Below, one piece after another: positions 1 through 10,363 of a stretch of DNA of 64,000 bases. Source of the stretch: Thermoplasmata archaeon (lineage in GTDB: Archaea > Thermoplasmatota > Thermoplasmata > Thermoplasmatales > Thermoplasmataceae); the NCBI GenBank assembly GCA_021797555.1, contig JAJZZM010000015.1, positions 2,110 through 66,109 on the forward strand. Direction: 5' to 3'. Numbering within the stretch: position 1 is the stretch's first letter; each line of letters begins with the position of its first letter. A program made the translations under genes and the position numbers. Under the pieces are notes generated by a model, which saw only the letters and a program-made list of their open reading frames with translations, was not told where the DNA came from and made no database searches.

Positions 1-725
1 TTAAATTTTATTTGTACAACAGGGTCATCTGGATTTTTTTTAATATTCTTTTGTATTAATTTTTTCATATTTTCATTTTTGGTGGCAGTGTATAAACGTT
101 TACTCTCATCCTTTAATTTACCATATACCTTTACTATGGTTCCTGTGGAATTATAATTTGAAAATGCACGTATAACAATAACTTGCATATCCTCTATTTT
201 CTTATTTTCATTATGATAATAATATAATAAATCATTTGCATAAATTATTTTATTACGAATGCTAATTGATATGCACGGCTCATTATTAATGTCCCATGCT
301 CTAAAATCAATTATTAAATTAACACAAAAATTATTGGTACTATTATTTATTTTATACTTTTTCTCTAAATCTAATAATTCCCAATTATATTTTGATTTAA
401 TATACGAAACGATATATTCAGCAATAGACATATTATCAATATCACCGCTTAGCTGCCTTATATTTTTCAGAGATTGATATGATTCGTCCTTCCACAACTC
501 CTCAAGCAAACCCGGAATATTAGGTATATTGAAATCAGATACTAAAAGATCTTTTTCTTTATTCCAGCCGAAAATATTGTTATTAAACATTTTATTAAGC
601 CCATATTTTAATTTACCACCAAGCTGTTTTACATTGTATGATGTTGACTCTATTTTATAAATAAACAATTTTGGCATTTTGCTTTTATTTATTGAAAAAA
701 ACTCTGTTTTTATGGTATTGTTCAT
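1..725 (-). CDS. Probable prokaryotic Argonaute (long pAgo), N-terminal part; runs off the left window edge
   Basis: Hand translation from ATG 725 is open for 241 codons to the edge: MNNTIKTEFFSINKSKMPKLFIYKI..LGGKLKYGL..LEELWKD..FRAWDINNEPCISISI..VYGKLKDESKRL..NPDDPVVQIKF. The motif series matches my recollection of MpAgo-like pAgo N/L1/PAZ regions. Absent from the ORF track because there is no stop in the window. Confidence 0.7.
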   Translation of the reverse strand, partial: MNNTIKTEFFSINKSKMPKLFIYKIESTSYNVKQLGGKLKYGLNKMFNNNIFGWNKEKDLLVSDFNIPNIPGLLEELWKDESYQSLKNIRQLSGDIDNMSIAEYIVSYIKSKYNWELLDLEKKYKINNSTNNFCVNLIIDFRAWDINNEPCISISIRNKIIYANDLLYYYHNENKKIEDMQVIVIRAFSNYNSTGTIVKVYGKLKDESKRLYTATKNENMKKLIQKNIKKNPDDPVVQIKF

Positions 726-958
726 ATTAGCTTATTTATTTTGTAAATAAATTATTTTCCATATTAATAATAGAAAATTAAAAATAATCATAATTTAAGA
801 TTTTATGTTTAAATATATTTCTCTGAATAAAAAGATTTTTATTAATTAATAAGTCAGTAAATCCTGAAAATATATAAAATGCTGCTAAAGTTATAATTAT
901 GTAACATGTAAAATAAATAATATTTCTATTAATAAGTTTTTGTCAATATTTATATAAT

Positions 959-1271
959 TGTGTTGTCCCATTATTATTTCCTTTATATACTTTATAAATT
1001 TATATGATTTCATTTTACCACCATTTTAGATTTGTGGCCATAGAAGGTGTAATCATATTATAACCATCTGGAAATGAATCATGTATTTTTTCATAAATTT
1101 GTATAGCACTGCCACACTGTAAAATATGGCTTTAATGACCTAATGGCAATATTTTAAATATTATTCTTTATATATTATTATATTTATTTTCTCATCAGTT
1201 TTCATTTTAGATTTACATTCTTTTTATTATATTGTTACTTGGTATATGGCAAATATTTACGGGATATCATA
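959..1271 (-). mobile_element. Degenerate, internally deleted IS481-like element
   Basis: Imperfect terminal IRs (TGTGTTGTCCCATTATTATTT / TATGATATCCCGTAAATATTT); both ends are similar to the element at 41122-41502. Confidence 0.6.
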
Positions 1272-1429
1272 ATCACCATTCTAAATATATTTTTATAATT
1301 AATCCTTTTAAGGTAAATATTAATACTGAAAAATAATTAAACAGTTAATAAAAATAATAATATTATCATTTTATATTTATTATAATTATAAAATAAAAAA
1401 TTTTAAATGCATGAAAGCATTAACACATC

Positions 1430-1972
1430 ATGGAAAACCTCAATGACCTATTGTATATATTAATATATGCGAGGGGGAAATCACTGAAGGATAATGAAGC
1501 CATACCAACAAAAATACACCTTCAAAAGGAAATATTTCTTCTTCAAAGGCGATACCCTTTCACTGAATTAAACCATAAATATAATTTTATACCCTTATAT
1601 TACGGACCATTCTCCAAAGAAGTTGCAATAGACCTCAATAAAGGAATAGATTCGGGGTTAATATCATGTAGTAATGGAATATTGCTTACACCTAATGGTT
1701 TCAAATATGCATCTGAAATATGGAATTCATTTAACGAGGATTACAGGAAAATAGCAATACAAATTAAGGATGAATTTAATAGAATGGATACTGAACAATT
1801 AATAAATTATGTATATGATCATTATCCCAAATTTGCAAAGAAATCCGCATTAAAAAAGGAAAATGTGGATAATTATTTTAATACCTTCTGGACTGAAAAT
1901 CAATTATCAGATGATTATTTTGTTGAAATTGTGCGTAAAAGCAGGGAGAACAGTGCTGAAAATAGTTATTGA
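1430..1972 (+). CDS. Panacea/SocA (DUF4065)-like antitoxin
   Basis: KIHLQKEIFL and FIPLYYGPFS motifs; overlaps the downstream PIN gene. Confidence 0.65.
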   Translation: MENLNDLLYILIYARGKSLKDNEAIPTKIHLQKEIFLLQRRYPFTELNHKYNFIPLYYGPFSKEVAIDLNKGIDSGLISCSNGILLTPNGFKYASEIWNSFNEDYRKIAIQIKDEFNRMDTEQLINYVYDHYPKFAKKSALKKENVDNYFNTFWTENQLSDDYFVEIVRKSRENSAENSY

Positions 1973-2429
1973 CACTAATGTTATACTTGCTATGTTGTAT
2001 AGCCATAAATCCACCAATATAAGTCCTTCAAGGAAGATATACGATTTATTAATATCAGATCAGCTTGATGCATACTGGTGTGACATATTTTCTGGAGAAA
2101 CTGTTCGAATAGCAAACACTGATCCAAAATTAAGCAAAGTTAAAGGGCCTTATTTTAATTCAAGATTTGAAGAACTGTTAAATCACATGAATGATGTTAA
2201 AATGGATTATGTAAATAAATTTAAGTCATCATTAAACTGGGACCCTAGGGATGTATATAAAATAAATGAAAATGATATTTATCTGGCTATACTTGCGTCT
2301 ATCACCAAATCTAAATATATAATAACTAATGATAAGGAATTTATTGATGCGTTTAATAATACATTTGAAAATAGAACTTCACTGGCATGCAATCCTCTTA
2401 AATTTATTTCCATTGAAAAACTCTTTTAA
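1953..2429 (+). CDS. PIN-domain toxin (putative RNase)
   Basis: GTG start gives VLKIVIDTNV; NENDIYL and IITNDKEF carry the PIN acidic residues. Confidence 0.8.
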   Translation: MLKIVIDTNVILAMLYSHKSTNISPSRKIYDLLISDQLDAYWCDIFSGETVRIANTDPKLSKVKGPYFNSRFEELLNHMNDVKMDYVNKFKSSLNWDPRDVYKINENDIYLAILASITKSKYIITNDKEFIDAFNNTFENRTSLACNPLKFISIEKLF

Positions 2430-2514
2430 TAGAATATTAATGGTTCTTATTTGTGATTTAAAAACATTTAATAAAGCCCACTGAATAAGCTATTAACTTT
2501 TATTTTTTTTAATA

Positions 2515-2704
2515 AAATGTATGTATTTACCATTTTCATATTCTAAATTTACATACCTTGTACTTATCTTCATTTCTTTAGCTAGTACTGTTGATCATCT
2601 TCTTTTATTCTTTTCCCTTATTACATATTTTATTTTCTTATTGTTTAACTTCATTCATTATATTTTTACTGGGTATTTATAGGAAATATTTATGGGACAA
2701 TATA
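2515..2704 (-). mobile_element. IS481-like left end and 5' transposase fragment
   Basis: End TATATTGTCCCATAAATATTT, then MKLNNKKIKYVIREKNKRR*STVLAKEMKISTRYV from 2654. Confidence 0.65.
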
Positions 2705-2757
2705 ATATATTAATCTTATAGAAAAATTTATATAATATGCACTTATATATATATATT

Positions 2758-3663
2758 ATGAAACAAAGATTCATAATAATTATATCTGTAATAGTTTCAT
2801 TATTGTTTATTATGATGGCATTTTCAGGAAATATTGATAATAAAAGTAATAATATTATCAATAATGATGCATCAAATAATAATTATATTAAGATAGGTAA
2901 TATTACATTTATGAACAATTTTAATATATCAAATAATGGTATATCATTTAATAATATTAATAAAACAAACATTAACGATATAAACAATTATAATAATATT
3001 TATTTAAGCAATGGAAATAACAATAAAACAATATTCAATGCATATAAAGGTAATATAATATATAAAAATAATATTAATTATACATTATTGTATTTTAAAA
3101 ACACTGATGTTAAAAATGCAATAACATTTACAGAGAAATTTAAGAATTACAAGGTTGAGATAGCAGATATAATATATAATAATTCTAACAATGATAATAT
3201 TTCATATATCTATGCTAATATTGTACCAATAAATTCATCCAAAATATTATTGGGAAATGAATTTACATTGAATTATAAATCTACATATAATAATGAGATA
3301 AAAAACTTAATAAATAGTATAGAATTAATATCATTGAATTATATGAATTCTAACAATAATACATTATATAAATTCGGTATGGAATATTCATATATAGCAT
3401 TAGCAATGAACAATATGTTAAAATTAACAAATAATAATATTAAAAATATGGAAATAAACAAAACATTAGGAATCGCAATAGATGCTAATTATGGATGCAT
3501 TTTTGCTTTAGTTGGTGGTTTTCTTTCCGGTTCTCTTGCTATAGCAACATTAGTTAGTGTTTTATTGGCAACAGGTCCTGTTGGCTGGCTTGTAGGTGCA
3601 ATATTGGTGGGTTCCTATATAGCTTTTGGGGTTTCGTTGGGCGGTATAATTTTTAGCTGTTGA
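2758..3663 (+). CDS. Secreted Asn-rich precursor with hydrophobic Cys-bracketed C-terminal domain (putative archaeocin/polymorphic toxin)
   Basis: Signal peptide MKQRFIIIISVIVSLLFIMMAFSG; TATA box at ~2727; last 59 aa are uncharged and Gly/Ala-rich with Cys at positions 5 and 59. Confidence 0.7.
   Translation: MKQRFIIIISVIVSLLFIMMAFSGNIDNKSNNIINNDASNNNYIKIGNITFMNNFNISNNGISFNNINKTNINDINNYNNIYLSNGNNNKTIFNAYKGNIIYKNNINYTLLYFKNTDVKNAITFTEKFKNYKVEIADIIYNNSNNDNISYIYANIVPINSSKILLGNEFTLNYKSTYNNEIKNLINSIELISLNYMNSNNNTLYKFGMEYSYIALAMNNMLKLTNNNIKNMEINKTLGIAIDANYGCIFALVGGFLSGSLAIATLVSVLLATGPVGWLVGAILVGSYIAFGVSLGGIIFSC
3303..3483 (+). repeat. Direct repeat copy 1 (linker preceding the variable C-terminus)
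   Basis: Aligns without gaps to 3885-4065; 51 of 60 aa identical; homology ends at the AID codons. Confidence 0.95.
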
Positions 3664-3672
3664 GGTGATATT

Positions 3673-3876
3673 ATGTTAATAACAAAAAAGATTAGGACAA
3701 TATTTTTAATTGCTGGCGAAGTTTTTTTTTCGTATACATTATTTTATTTATTATATTTTTTTGAGATATATAACAAAATAACATTTTTATATTTATCAAT
3801 AATTATTTTATTTTTTATAATAGTATTACCAATATTTTATATTATTGATAATAAAAATAAACATTTACCACAATAA
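3673..3876 (+). CDS. Small 2-TM membrane protein (putative immunity 1)
   Basis: 67 aa, hydrophobic; GGTGA RBS directly after the upstream stop. Confidence 0.65.
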   Translation: MLITKKIRTIFLIAGEVFFSYTLFYLLYFFEIYNKITFLYLSIIILFFIIVLPIFYIIDNKNKHLPQ

Positions 3877-4251
3877 TATACTATAAATTTAATAAACAGT
3901 ATAGAATTAATATCATTGAATTATATGAATTCCAATAATAAAACAATAAATAAATTTGGTATGGAATATTTATATATAGTATTATCAATGAATAACATGC
4001 TAAAGTTAACAAATAACAATATTAAAAACATCGAAATAAATAAAACAGTAGGAGTAGCAATAGATAATAAATGGAATTGTATTATAAATATAATTGGTTT
4101 TGTTTTCGTAGATCTTCTTACCATAGCAGCCGCGGCAGGTATAACCATAGGCACAGATGGAATTGGAATATTTGCAGTTATTTGGTTATTATCATGGTTT
4201 GCATATTCCACATTTGGTGTGTATAGTGTTGCAACAGCATGCGGGTGGTGA
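3877..4251 (+). other. Orphan C-terminal cassette (alternative toxin tip; no signal peptide or N-terminal body)
   Basis: Frame opens right after the stop at 3876; linker homology, then a different 61-aa hydrophobic domain with Cys at 5 and 59. Confidence 0.7.
3885..4065 (+). repeat. Direct repeat copy 2 (homology arm of orphan cassette)
   Basis: 582 bp offset from copy 1. Confidence 0.95.
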
Positions 4252-4252
4252 A

Positions 4253-4465
4253 ATGCATATAGATATAAATAAACAATTAATGAAATTAAAAAAAAGCATA
4301 ATTTTATTATTGCTAGCTGAGGCATTTCAATTAGTATTCATTTATATACCAAATTTCATGGTAAACAATATCTATAAAATTGCCACTTTCCTATCCTTTG
4401 GCATAATTGTCCTTATTGTATATTCATATTTTAATGAAAAAAGCAGGATAATAAATCATAATTAA
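4253..4465 (+). CDS. Small 2-TM membrane protein (putative immunity 2)
   Basis: GGTGA-A-ATG coupling to the orphan stop; 70 aa MHIDINK..., no evident similarity to immunity 1. Confidence 0.65.
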   Translation: MHIDINKQLMKLKKSIILLLLAEAFQLVFIYIPNFMVNNIYKIATFLSFGIIVLIVYSYFNEKSRIINHN

Positions 4466-4629
4466 TTGAATTATGAAATAATTTCAAAAATTAAGCCATC
4501 ATATTCAGCTACAAGAAATAATATATTATCAATAACCAATATTTCTTAACATTTGTCCCATTTACCTTATCTATATTTAATTTTTCTGGAATAATACCCT
4601 TAAATTTTTATAAAATAATATATAATAAA

Positions 4630-5817
4630 TTATAATCTAACATTTGCTTTATAGGAATATGAATCATTTAATTTTTTTATTGACATGCCGGTTATTATTA
4701 CAGATATAAGGCATAATAATGTTGTTATATCTATTATCAGTAACAAAAAATGATATCCTGTATAATTGCCTATAAATCCCAGCAGAACTGAAATTACACC
4801 GCCGAACAATGCACCGAAATTATAGGAAAATCCGGAAATTATACCACGTACCTCGGGATTTATGCGGTCCATTAAAAGCAGTGGCGGTATGGTCATTGAT
4901 GATATGCCGGCACTGAATAATATAAAACCTTCCAGCTCAAAAGGCCTCAATAGGATTAAAAACGGCATTGCAAACCATGCAAATAATGCCGTTAATAATG
5001 CTCCAGCAATTATAAGCGTTCTCTTCCTTATTATCAGTGCAAGCCTTCCAAATAATATAAACGATACTGATACTGTTATGCTTGATAATATCATCATTAA
5101 TCCAACAATTCCATCAGGAATCCCGAAGGTTGGTGCCAGTGTGGGATAAAATGAGAATATAGAAAATGAGGCGGCAAAATAACTGGACATAATAACAGTT
5201 GATTTTATAAGTGGTATTTTATATTTATTTATGCTTACCTTTTTTCTCACAATTTCTATTTTATCCCTGGGAACCTTTAATATTGCATATGGAACAATAA
5301 TTAATGGAATTGAACCGGTAATTAAAAAATATCTCCAGTTAACGGCCATGGTCGGCAAAAACAGCAAATATGCTACGCCGGTTAATGCATATCCGATACC
5401 ATAACCGCTCTGAATTATGCCGAATACCGTGCTTCTTATACTAACCGGTGAGAACTCATAGCCAAGTACAGTTCCTGATGTCCATTCGCCGCCCATGAAA
5501 ATGCCCTGGATAAACCTTGCAATAAACAGTATAAAAATATCAGGTGAAAATGCCATGATTCCATTAAATATGGCATAGCCTGCTGTGCTAATTACCATTA
5601 TATTTTTTGCACCGTTGCGGTTTGTCATTTTTCCAAGATATAGGCCTCCAAAAAATCTGCCCATTAGGCCTAAAGAAAATAACAATGATACAGCACCGAG
5701 ACCTATGTTATATGATTTTTCAAGTTCAACATATATGTATGTAACTATTGTCAAATCGTATATGTTGCCTATCCATGAACCTGTGGAAGAAAACATTGCA
5801 TGAATATAGCCTTTCAT
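4630..5817 (-). CDS. MFS transporter (carboxylate/sialate-like)
   Basis: Many TM segments; ARFIQGIFMGGEW motif. Confidence 0.85.
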   Translation of the reverse strand: MKGYIHAMFSSTGSWIGNIYDLTIVTYIYVELEKSYNIGLGAVSLLFSLGLMGRFFGGLYLGKMTNRNGAKNIMVISTAGYAIFNGIMAFSPDIFILFIARFIQGIFMGGEWTSGTVLGYEFSPVSIRSTVFGIIQSGYGIGYALTGVAYLLFLPTMAVNWRYFLITGSIPLIIVPYAILKVPRDKIEIVRKKVSINKYKIPLIKSTVIMSSYFAASFSIFSFYPTLAPTFGIPDGIVGLMMILSSITVSVSFILFGRLALIIRKRTLIIAGALLTALFAWFAMPFLILLRPFELEGFILFSAGISSMTIPPLLLMDRINPEVRGIISGFSYNFGALFGGVISVLLGFIGNYTGYHFLLLIIDITTLLCLISVIITGMSIKKLNDSYSYKANVRL

Positions 5818-5897
5818 AACTTATTATAAACAGTGTAAAGTTAAACATTGCTCAATTATTTATGTTTTTATCATTTATTCTCTAATTTTTATTGAAC

Positions 5898-5917
5898 TGT
5901 ATAATTTAGATTATACA
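5898..5917. promoter_or_regulatory. Palindromic operator-like site
   Basis: TGTATAAT-TTAG-ATTATACA, between divergent MFS and ATPase starts. Confidence 0.5.
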
Positions 5918-5977
5918 ATATAAATTTATTATAATTTATTTTGGATATATTTTTAAAGAAAAACCAAATATATTATA

Positions 5978-6508
5978 ATGTTGCTTGGAAGGGAGTACGA
6001 ATTACAATTTTTGGAGAATATATACAAAAGAAATAATGACAATATCATAATTATATACAGTAAAAGAAGAACAGGGAAAACATTCCTTTTAAATGAATTC
6101 TCAAGGAATAAGCCAAGTATATATTTTCTTGCATTAAATGAAAGCAAAAGAGAATTGATCAAAAAATTTTCAATCAAATTATCCGATTTTTACCATGATG
6201 ATTTAATGGCGCCTTTTACCTCATGGGATGCTGCCTTTGAATATTTAATTCAAAAAACCATGAAAAACAGAAAAAAATTGCTTGTAATTATTGAGGAAAT
6301 AACAAATATAACATCATCGGATAAATTGTTTTTATCTGCATTATGGAAATATTATGATTTATACCTAAGGAAAAATAATATAATGATTATATTAACCGGG
6401 TCATACATAGATACAATGTCAAATAATATACTATCATATTCCTCACCTTTATACGGAAAAAGGACCGAAAAAATAAAATTAGAGGAACTTAAATTTTATG
6501 ATGTATAA
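5978..6508 (+). pseudogene. Truncated archaeal AAA+ ATPase (DUF234 family)
   Basis: GREYEL, eroded Walker A YSKRRTGKT, SPLYGKRT; 176 aa versus ~450 aa for the paralog at 25941. Confidence 0.8.
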
Positions 6509-6806
6509 ATCGGAGCTATAAGATATATGCCAATAAATTGTAATAATTTCATATTTTGAAAGAATGTAAAATATAAAAATATTCCAAGAAAAACCAATGC
6601 CGGGGTTAAATAAAACGTTATGGAACCTTTAATGTGCGCCTTATTTTTCATAAAATTTTAATAATTTTATTATATTTAAAAGTTTTTATTATATTCATTT
6701 AATAATTGATATAACAATTAATGTTTTAGATTAAAAAACTAATAACTTTATAAGATATTCAACTGATTTATAGATAACTTAATATTTAGGTATATAATTT
6801 AATTTT

Positions 6807-7043
6807 ATGGTAAATTTAATGGTTGAAATGGAAAAAAATGGTAAAATATACATTCCAAAGGAAATAAGGGAAAAATATGGAAAAAAATTTTTTATAATTC
6901 CATATGAGGGCAAAATCATACTCTATGATATTCCAGAAAATCCAGTAAAGGATTTGATGAAACTTGGAGAAAAGTTAAGGGATATACCCATTGAAAAATT
7001 AAAAAATGATATAAATGAAGAGGCTTACCATGACATACGCTGA
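6807..7043 (+). CDS. vapB: AbrB/SpoVT-type antitoxin
   Basis: MEKNGKIYIPKEIREK AbrB motif; overlaps PIN gene. Confidence 0.8.
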   Translation: MVNLMVEMEKNGKIYIPKEIREKYGKKFFIIPYEGKIILYDIPENPVKDLMKLGEKLRDIPIEKLKNDINEEAYHDIR

Positions 7044-7380
7044 TACTGACTTTTTTCTGGCAATTTTAAAAAGTTCTGATTGGTTAAAAGAAAATGCAGT
7101 TAAGATTATGAAAAATTATACAATTGAAACTTCCGAGGTAACTTATATTGAATTAATGCTGCTGGCAAAAAAATATAACCTGGATTTTATTGAAATTATA
7201 AAGGATGTTATGGCCATCTGCCATGAAAATAATAGTATATATATCATGGCCGCAGAATATATAAAAAACGGAGTTAATGTTTTCGATGCATTCCATGCAG
7301 CCCATTGCAATGGGGAAATAATCAGTTCTGACCATATTTATGACAAACTAGATATTAAAAGGATAAAATTAGAGGATTAA
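7030..7380 (+). CDS. vapC: PIN-domain toxin
   Basis: MTYADTDFFLA, VFDAFHAA, IISSDHIYD. Confidence 0.85.
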   Translation: MTYADTDFFLAILKSSDWLKENAVKIMKNYTIETSEVTYIELMLLAKKYNLDFIEIIKDVMAICHENNSIYIMAAEYIKNGVNVFDAFHAAHCNGEIISSDHIYDKLDIKRIKLED

Positions 7381-8301
7381 ATTATTTTAACATATTTACC
7401 ATGTTATTATATATATTCTAAAAAATTAATTTACCATGATATAATATTTATATAAAAATCCAAATTTAAATATTAGTTGAATATAAAGTATTATACCTAT
7501 ATCTCAACAAAAATTTATTAATAAATAGTGGAAGTTTGGATACCTGTTCATATCATAAAAATTATTGAGGAAATTATAGAATAAGATCTAATTCAATAAT
7601 TTGATTATAAATTATTCTTTTTCTTAAAATATACATGAGAATTATCAATATATAATTGAAAGAATATTAAGTAATTTAACAGTACTTGCAAAGGTTTTTT
7701 ATTAGTAATGCTAGAACTGAGGCCATAAAAATAGGCCATATTGTATTATTTTTATGCTGTGAGGACATGTAAATAACATCAAATTTGGGGATATTGATTC
7801 CTGTGAATTAGAAGCACCAACAAAGCCAATAATATCAAAGTGTGTATTTACGCACACGAATATAGAGAATGCATATGAATTTATGTGCATTATAAGGTAC
7901 AATAATATTATAAAAATTCAAAATTTTATATTCTTCCCAGCGCGCTAAAACATATTTGAAATCATCAATTGTTACCATTATTGTATAATATACGTACAAT
8001 TTAGACAGATCATAAATCATATTTAATCTGTTTTAATTGAATATGTATGAAATATTTGCGTAACAACATAGGTTTATAAAATTAAATAAATTATCAATAG
8101 TTAAAGATATCTGCTGGGAGCTTAAGTGAATATACTATTTAGCGATAATCAATACATCTGAGGAAATAATTTGTATATAAAAGAAGTAATAATGAATCAT
8201 TATATATCTGCTTGAGTTTGCAGTTAATTATTATATAATTTCATTTTTATTTTAATTACATAAATGAAAAAGTTATTAATACTGATTATAATTTATTTCT
8301 A

Positions 8302-8685
8302 ATGTATACAGATCTGATCAGTAGCACTATTAATTACATTAAAAAACTGGACAAGCAAAATAGGATAAAATTTATTGTTAATTATGGTTCCTATGCAAAC
8401 GGCACATTCCATAATGGTTCTGATATTGATTTGTGCATTTATTATGATGGAAACCAGGGGGAACGAAACAAATTTAGATTAAATGTGCTCTCAGAAATAA
8501 ATGATATTTTTGATGTGCACATATTTCAGGATCTGCCACTTTATATAAGATTCAGTGTTTTGAAGGGAAAAATACTCTATTATAAAGATAAGGATATATA
8601 TGACATTTTTAGATTAACAATAGAGGAATATGAGGATTATAAACGCGGATATTATGATTATATAAACCTGGAGAAGATACAATGA
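8302..8685 (+). CDS. Minimal nucleotidyltransferase (MNT antitoxin)
   Basis: YGSYANG..GSDIDL (GS-x10-DxD); ATGA overlap with the HEPN gene. Confidence 0.9.
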   Translation: MYTDLISSTINYIKKLDKQNRIKFIVNYGSYANGTFHNGSDIDLCIYYDGNQGERNKFRLNVLSEINDIFDVHIFQDLPLYIRFSVLKGKILYYKDKDIYDIFRLTIEEYEDYKRGYYDYINLEKIQ

Positions 8686-8753
8686 GAAATGATATAATAA
8701 GGAATAAAATAACCGAATCCAAGAAAGTTTGGAATTAATATGGGATAATTTAC

Positions 8754-10343
8754 AAATCAACATACCAGAAAGAAAGCCACTGAGTTTACGATGTGGATGA
8801 ATTTCCGGAAATAAGGAAATTAAATATTTAATAAATAATTATCAATTTGAATGTTTTCATAATTTATGAATGATGTGATTTTTAAAATGATGATAAATTA
8901 TATATTTTTAGAATAAATACAATAAATAATAATATTTATATAATATTATAATATTTAAAATAAATCATTGATTAACATGATTGATACATCAGAAGAGAAA
9001 AAGAATAAAATAAAAGATTCATTGAATAAAACAAAAGAAAAAAGGAAATCACAGGAAATAGCAATTATCAAAACAAAGCTCGATTATGATAAATTAAATA
9101 AAAATACATTAAAAATATTAAATAGAATATTCTTGGAGGCTAAATGGCTATACAATTATATAATAAATAAGGAATTCAACAATGATATTTTTAATATAGA
9201 TTATAAAATAAATGAAGTACCAGTGTATGTAAAGGACCATTATGAAACAAGGAAATTAAAATATATATCATCACAGATGAAGGAGGAAATAATGGACCGT
9301 GCAATAGACAATATAAAAGGATTGCATGAATTAAAGATAAAAGGATTTAAAATTGGATCACTTAAATACAAATCTAAAGTAACATCAATACCATTGAAAC
9401 AGTATGATATTACATATAAAATAATAAACAATAAATATATTAAAATACAGGGTATAAAACAGAAATTAATGGTAAATGGATTGGATAATCTGTAATACTA
9501 TTTTGAACCATCAAATGCATTGTTAACCAATAAAAACAACAATTATTATATCTACATAACAGCATATAAAAATAAATACATTTTAGATAAGCCGATAAAT
9601 AATCAAAAAATAGTATCTATTGATTTAGGAATTAAGAATCAATTAACATTGTCAAATGGTCTTATACTAAACTACAATATACCAAAATCTAAAAGAGAGA
9701 AAAGATTGCAGAGAAGATTATCTAAAAAGGTTAAGAACTCAAACAATTACAGGAAATTAAACAATAAACTAAATATAGAGCAAACTAAAACAGTTAATAA
9801 GAGAAGGGATACTATTAGTAAAATAGTCCATTATATATCAACAGATTATAATATAATAATAACACAGAAAGACAATATAAGAGGATGGAAGCATCTCTTT
9901 GGAAAAAGAATAGAATCAACAAATATAGGTGGAATAATAGAGGCACTTAAACATAAGGCTTCAACATTTATATTATTGGACAGATTTATTCCAACAACTA
10001 AAGAATGCTCAAAATGCCATAACAGGTATGATATAAAATTAGATGAGAGAATCATACAAATGCCCTAATTGTGGTTTTATTATAAACAGGGATTATAATT
10101 CTACATTAAATGACATATATTATGGAATTATAGAATTGAATAAGAAATTAATAATTAAGAATAGAAAATTAAATAATTATTTTAAGGAATATAATATAAA
10201 TATGAAAATACCTGCGGAGCGCTTAAGGGAATATACGCCTGTGGAGATTGATGCCCCTGCCCTGGAAGGATTAAGTCCGCATGTAAGGGTAAGCATGGTC
10301 GATGAATCAGGAAGCCTCTATGCCTTGGCATGAGGTAGCTCAC
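8754..10343 (+). mobile_element. IS200/IS605-family (IS1341-type, tnpB-only) element
   Basis: Inserted 3' of TTAC, ends in TCAC, no target duplication, subterminal hairpins at both ends, no tnpA. Confidence 0.9.
8977..10333 (+). pseudogene. tnpB: TnpB RNA-guided nuclease, disrupted
   Basis: SIDLGIKN, CSKC/CPNC zinc ribbon, NRDYN; in-frame TAA at 9493-9495 and a frameshift near 10050. Confidence 0.9.
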
Positions 10344-10363
10344 CAGATTCATTTGATGAATTC
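10200..10363 (+). ncRNA. Putative omega/reRNA scaffold plus guide
   Basis: Right-end region conserved in two other copies (54608-54753 and 40099-40290); established TnpB biology; boundaries approximate. Confidence 0.55.

Noticed and set aside
259..477. 72-aa plus-strand ORF
   Set aside because: Antisense shadow of the longer Argonaute-like frame
3303..4065. Repeat pair considered as DGR template/variable repeats
   Set aside because: Differences are not adenine-specific and no reverse transcriptase is present
3921..4325. 134-aa minus-strand ORF
   Set aside because: Antisense to the orphan cassette, whose plus-strand homology is clear
7711..8020. Two short minus-strand ORFs
   Set aside because: Only the first ~20 codons from 7978 look like an ATPase start; no coherent protein
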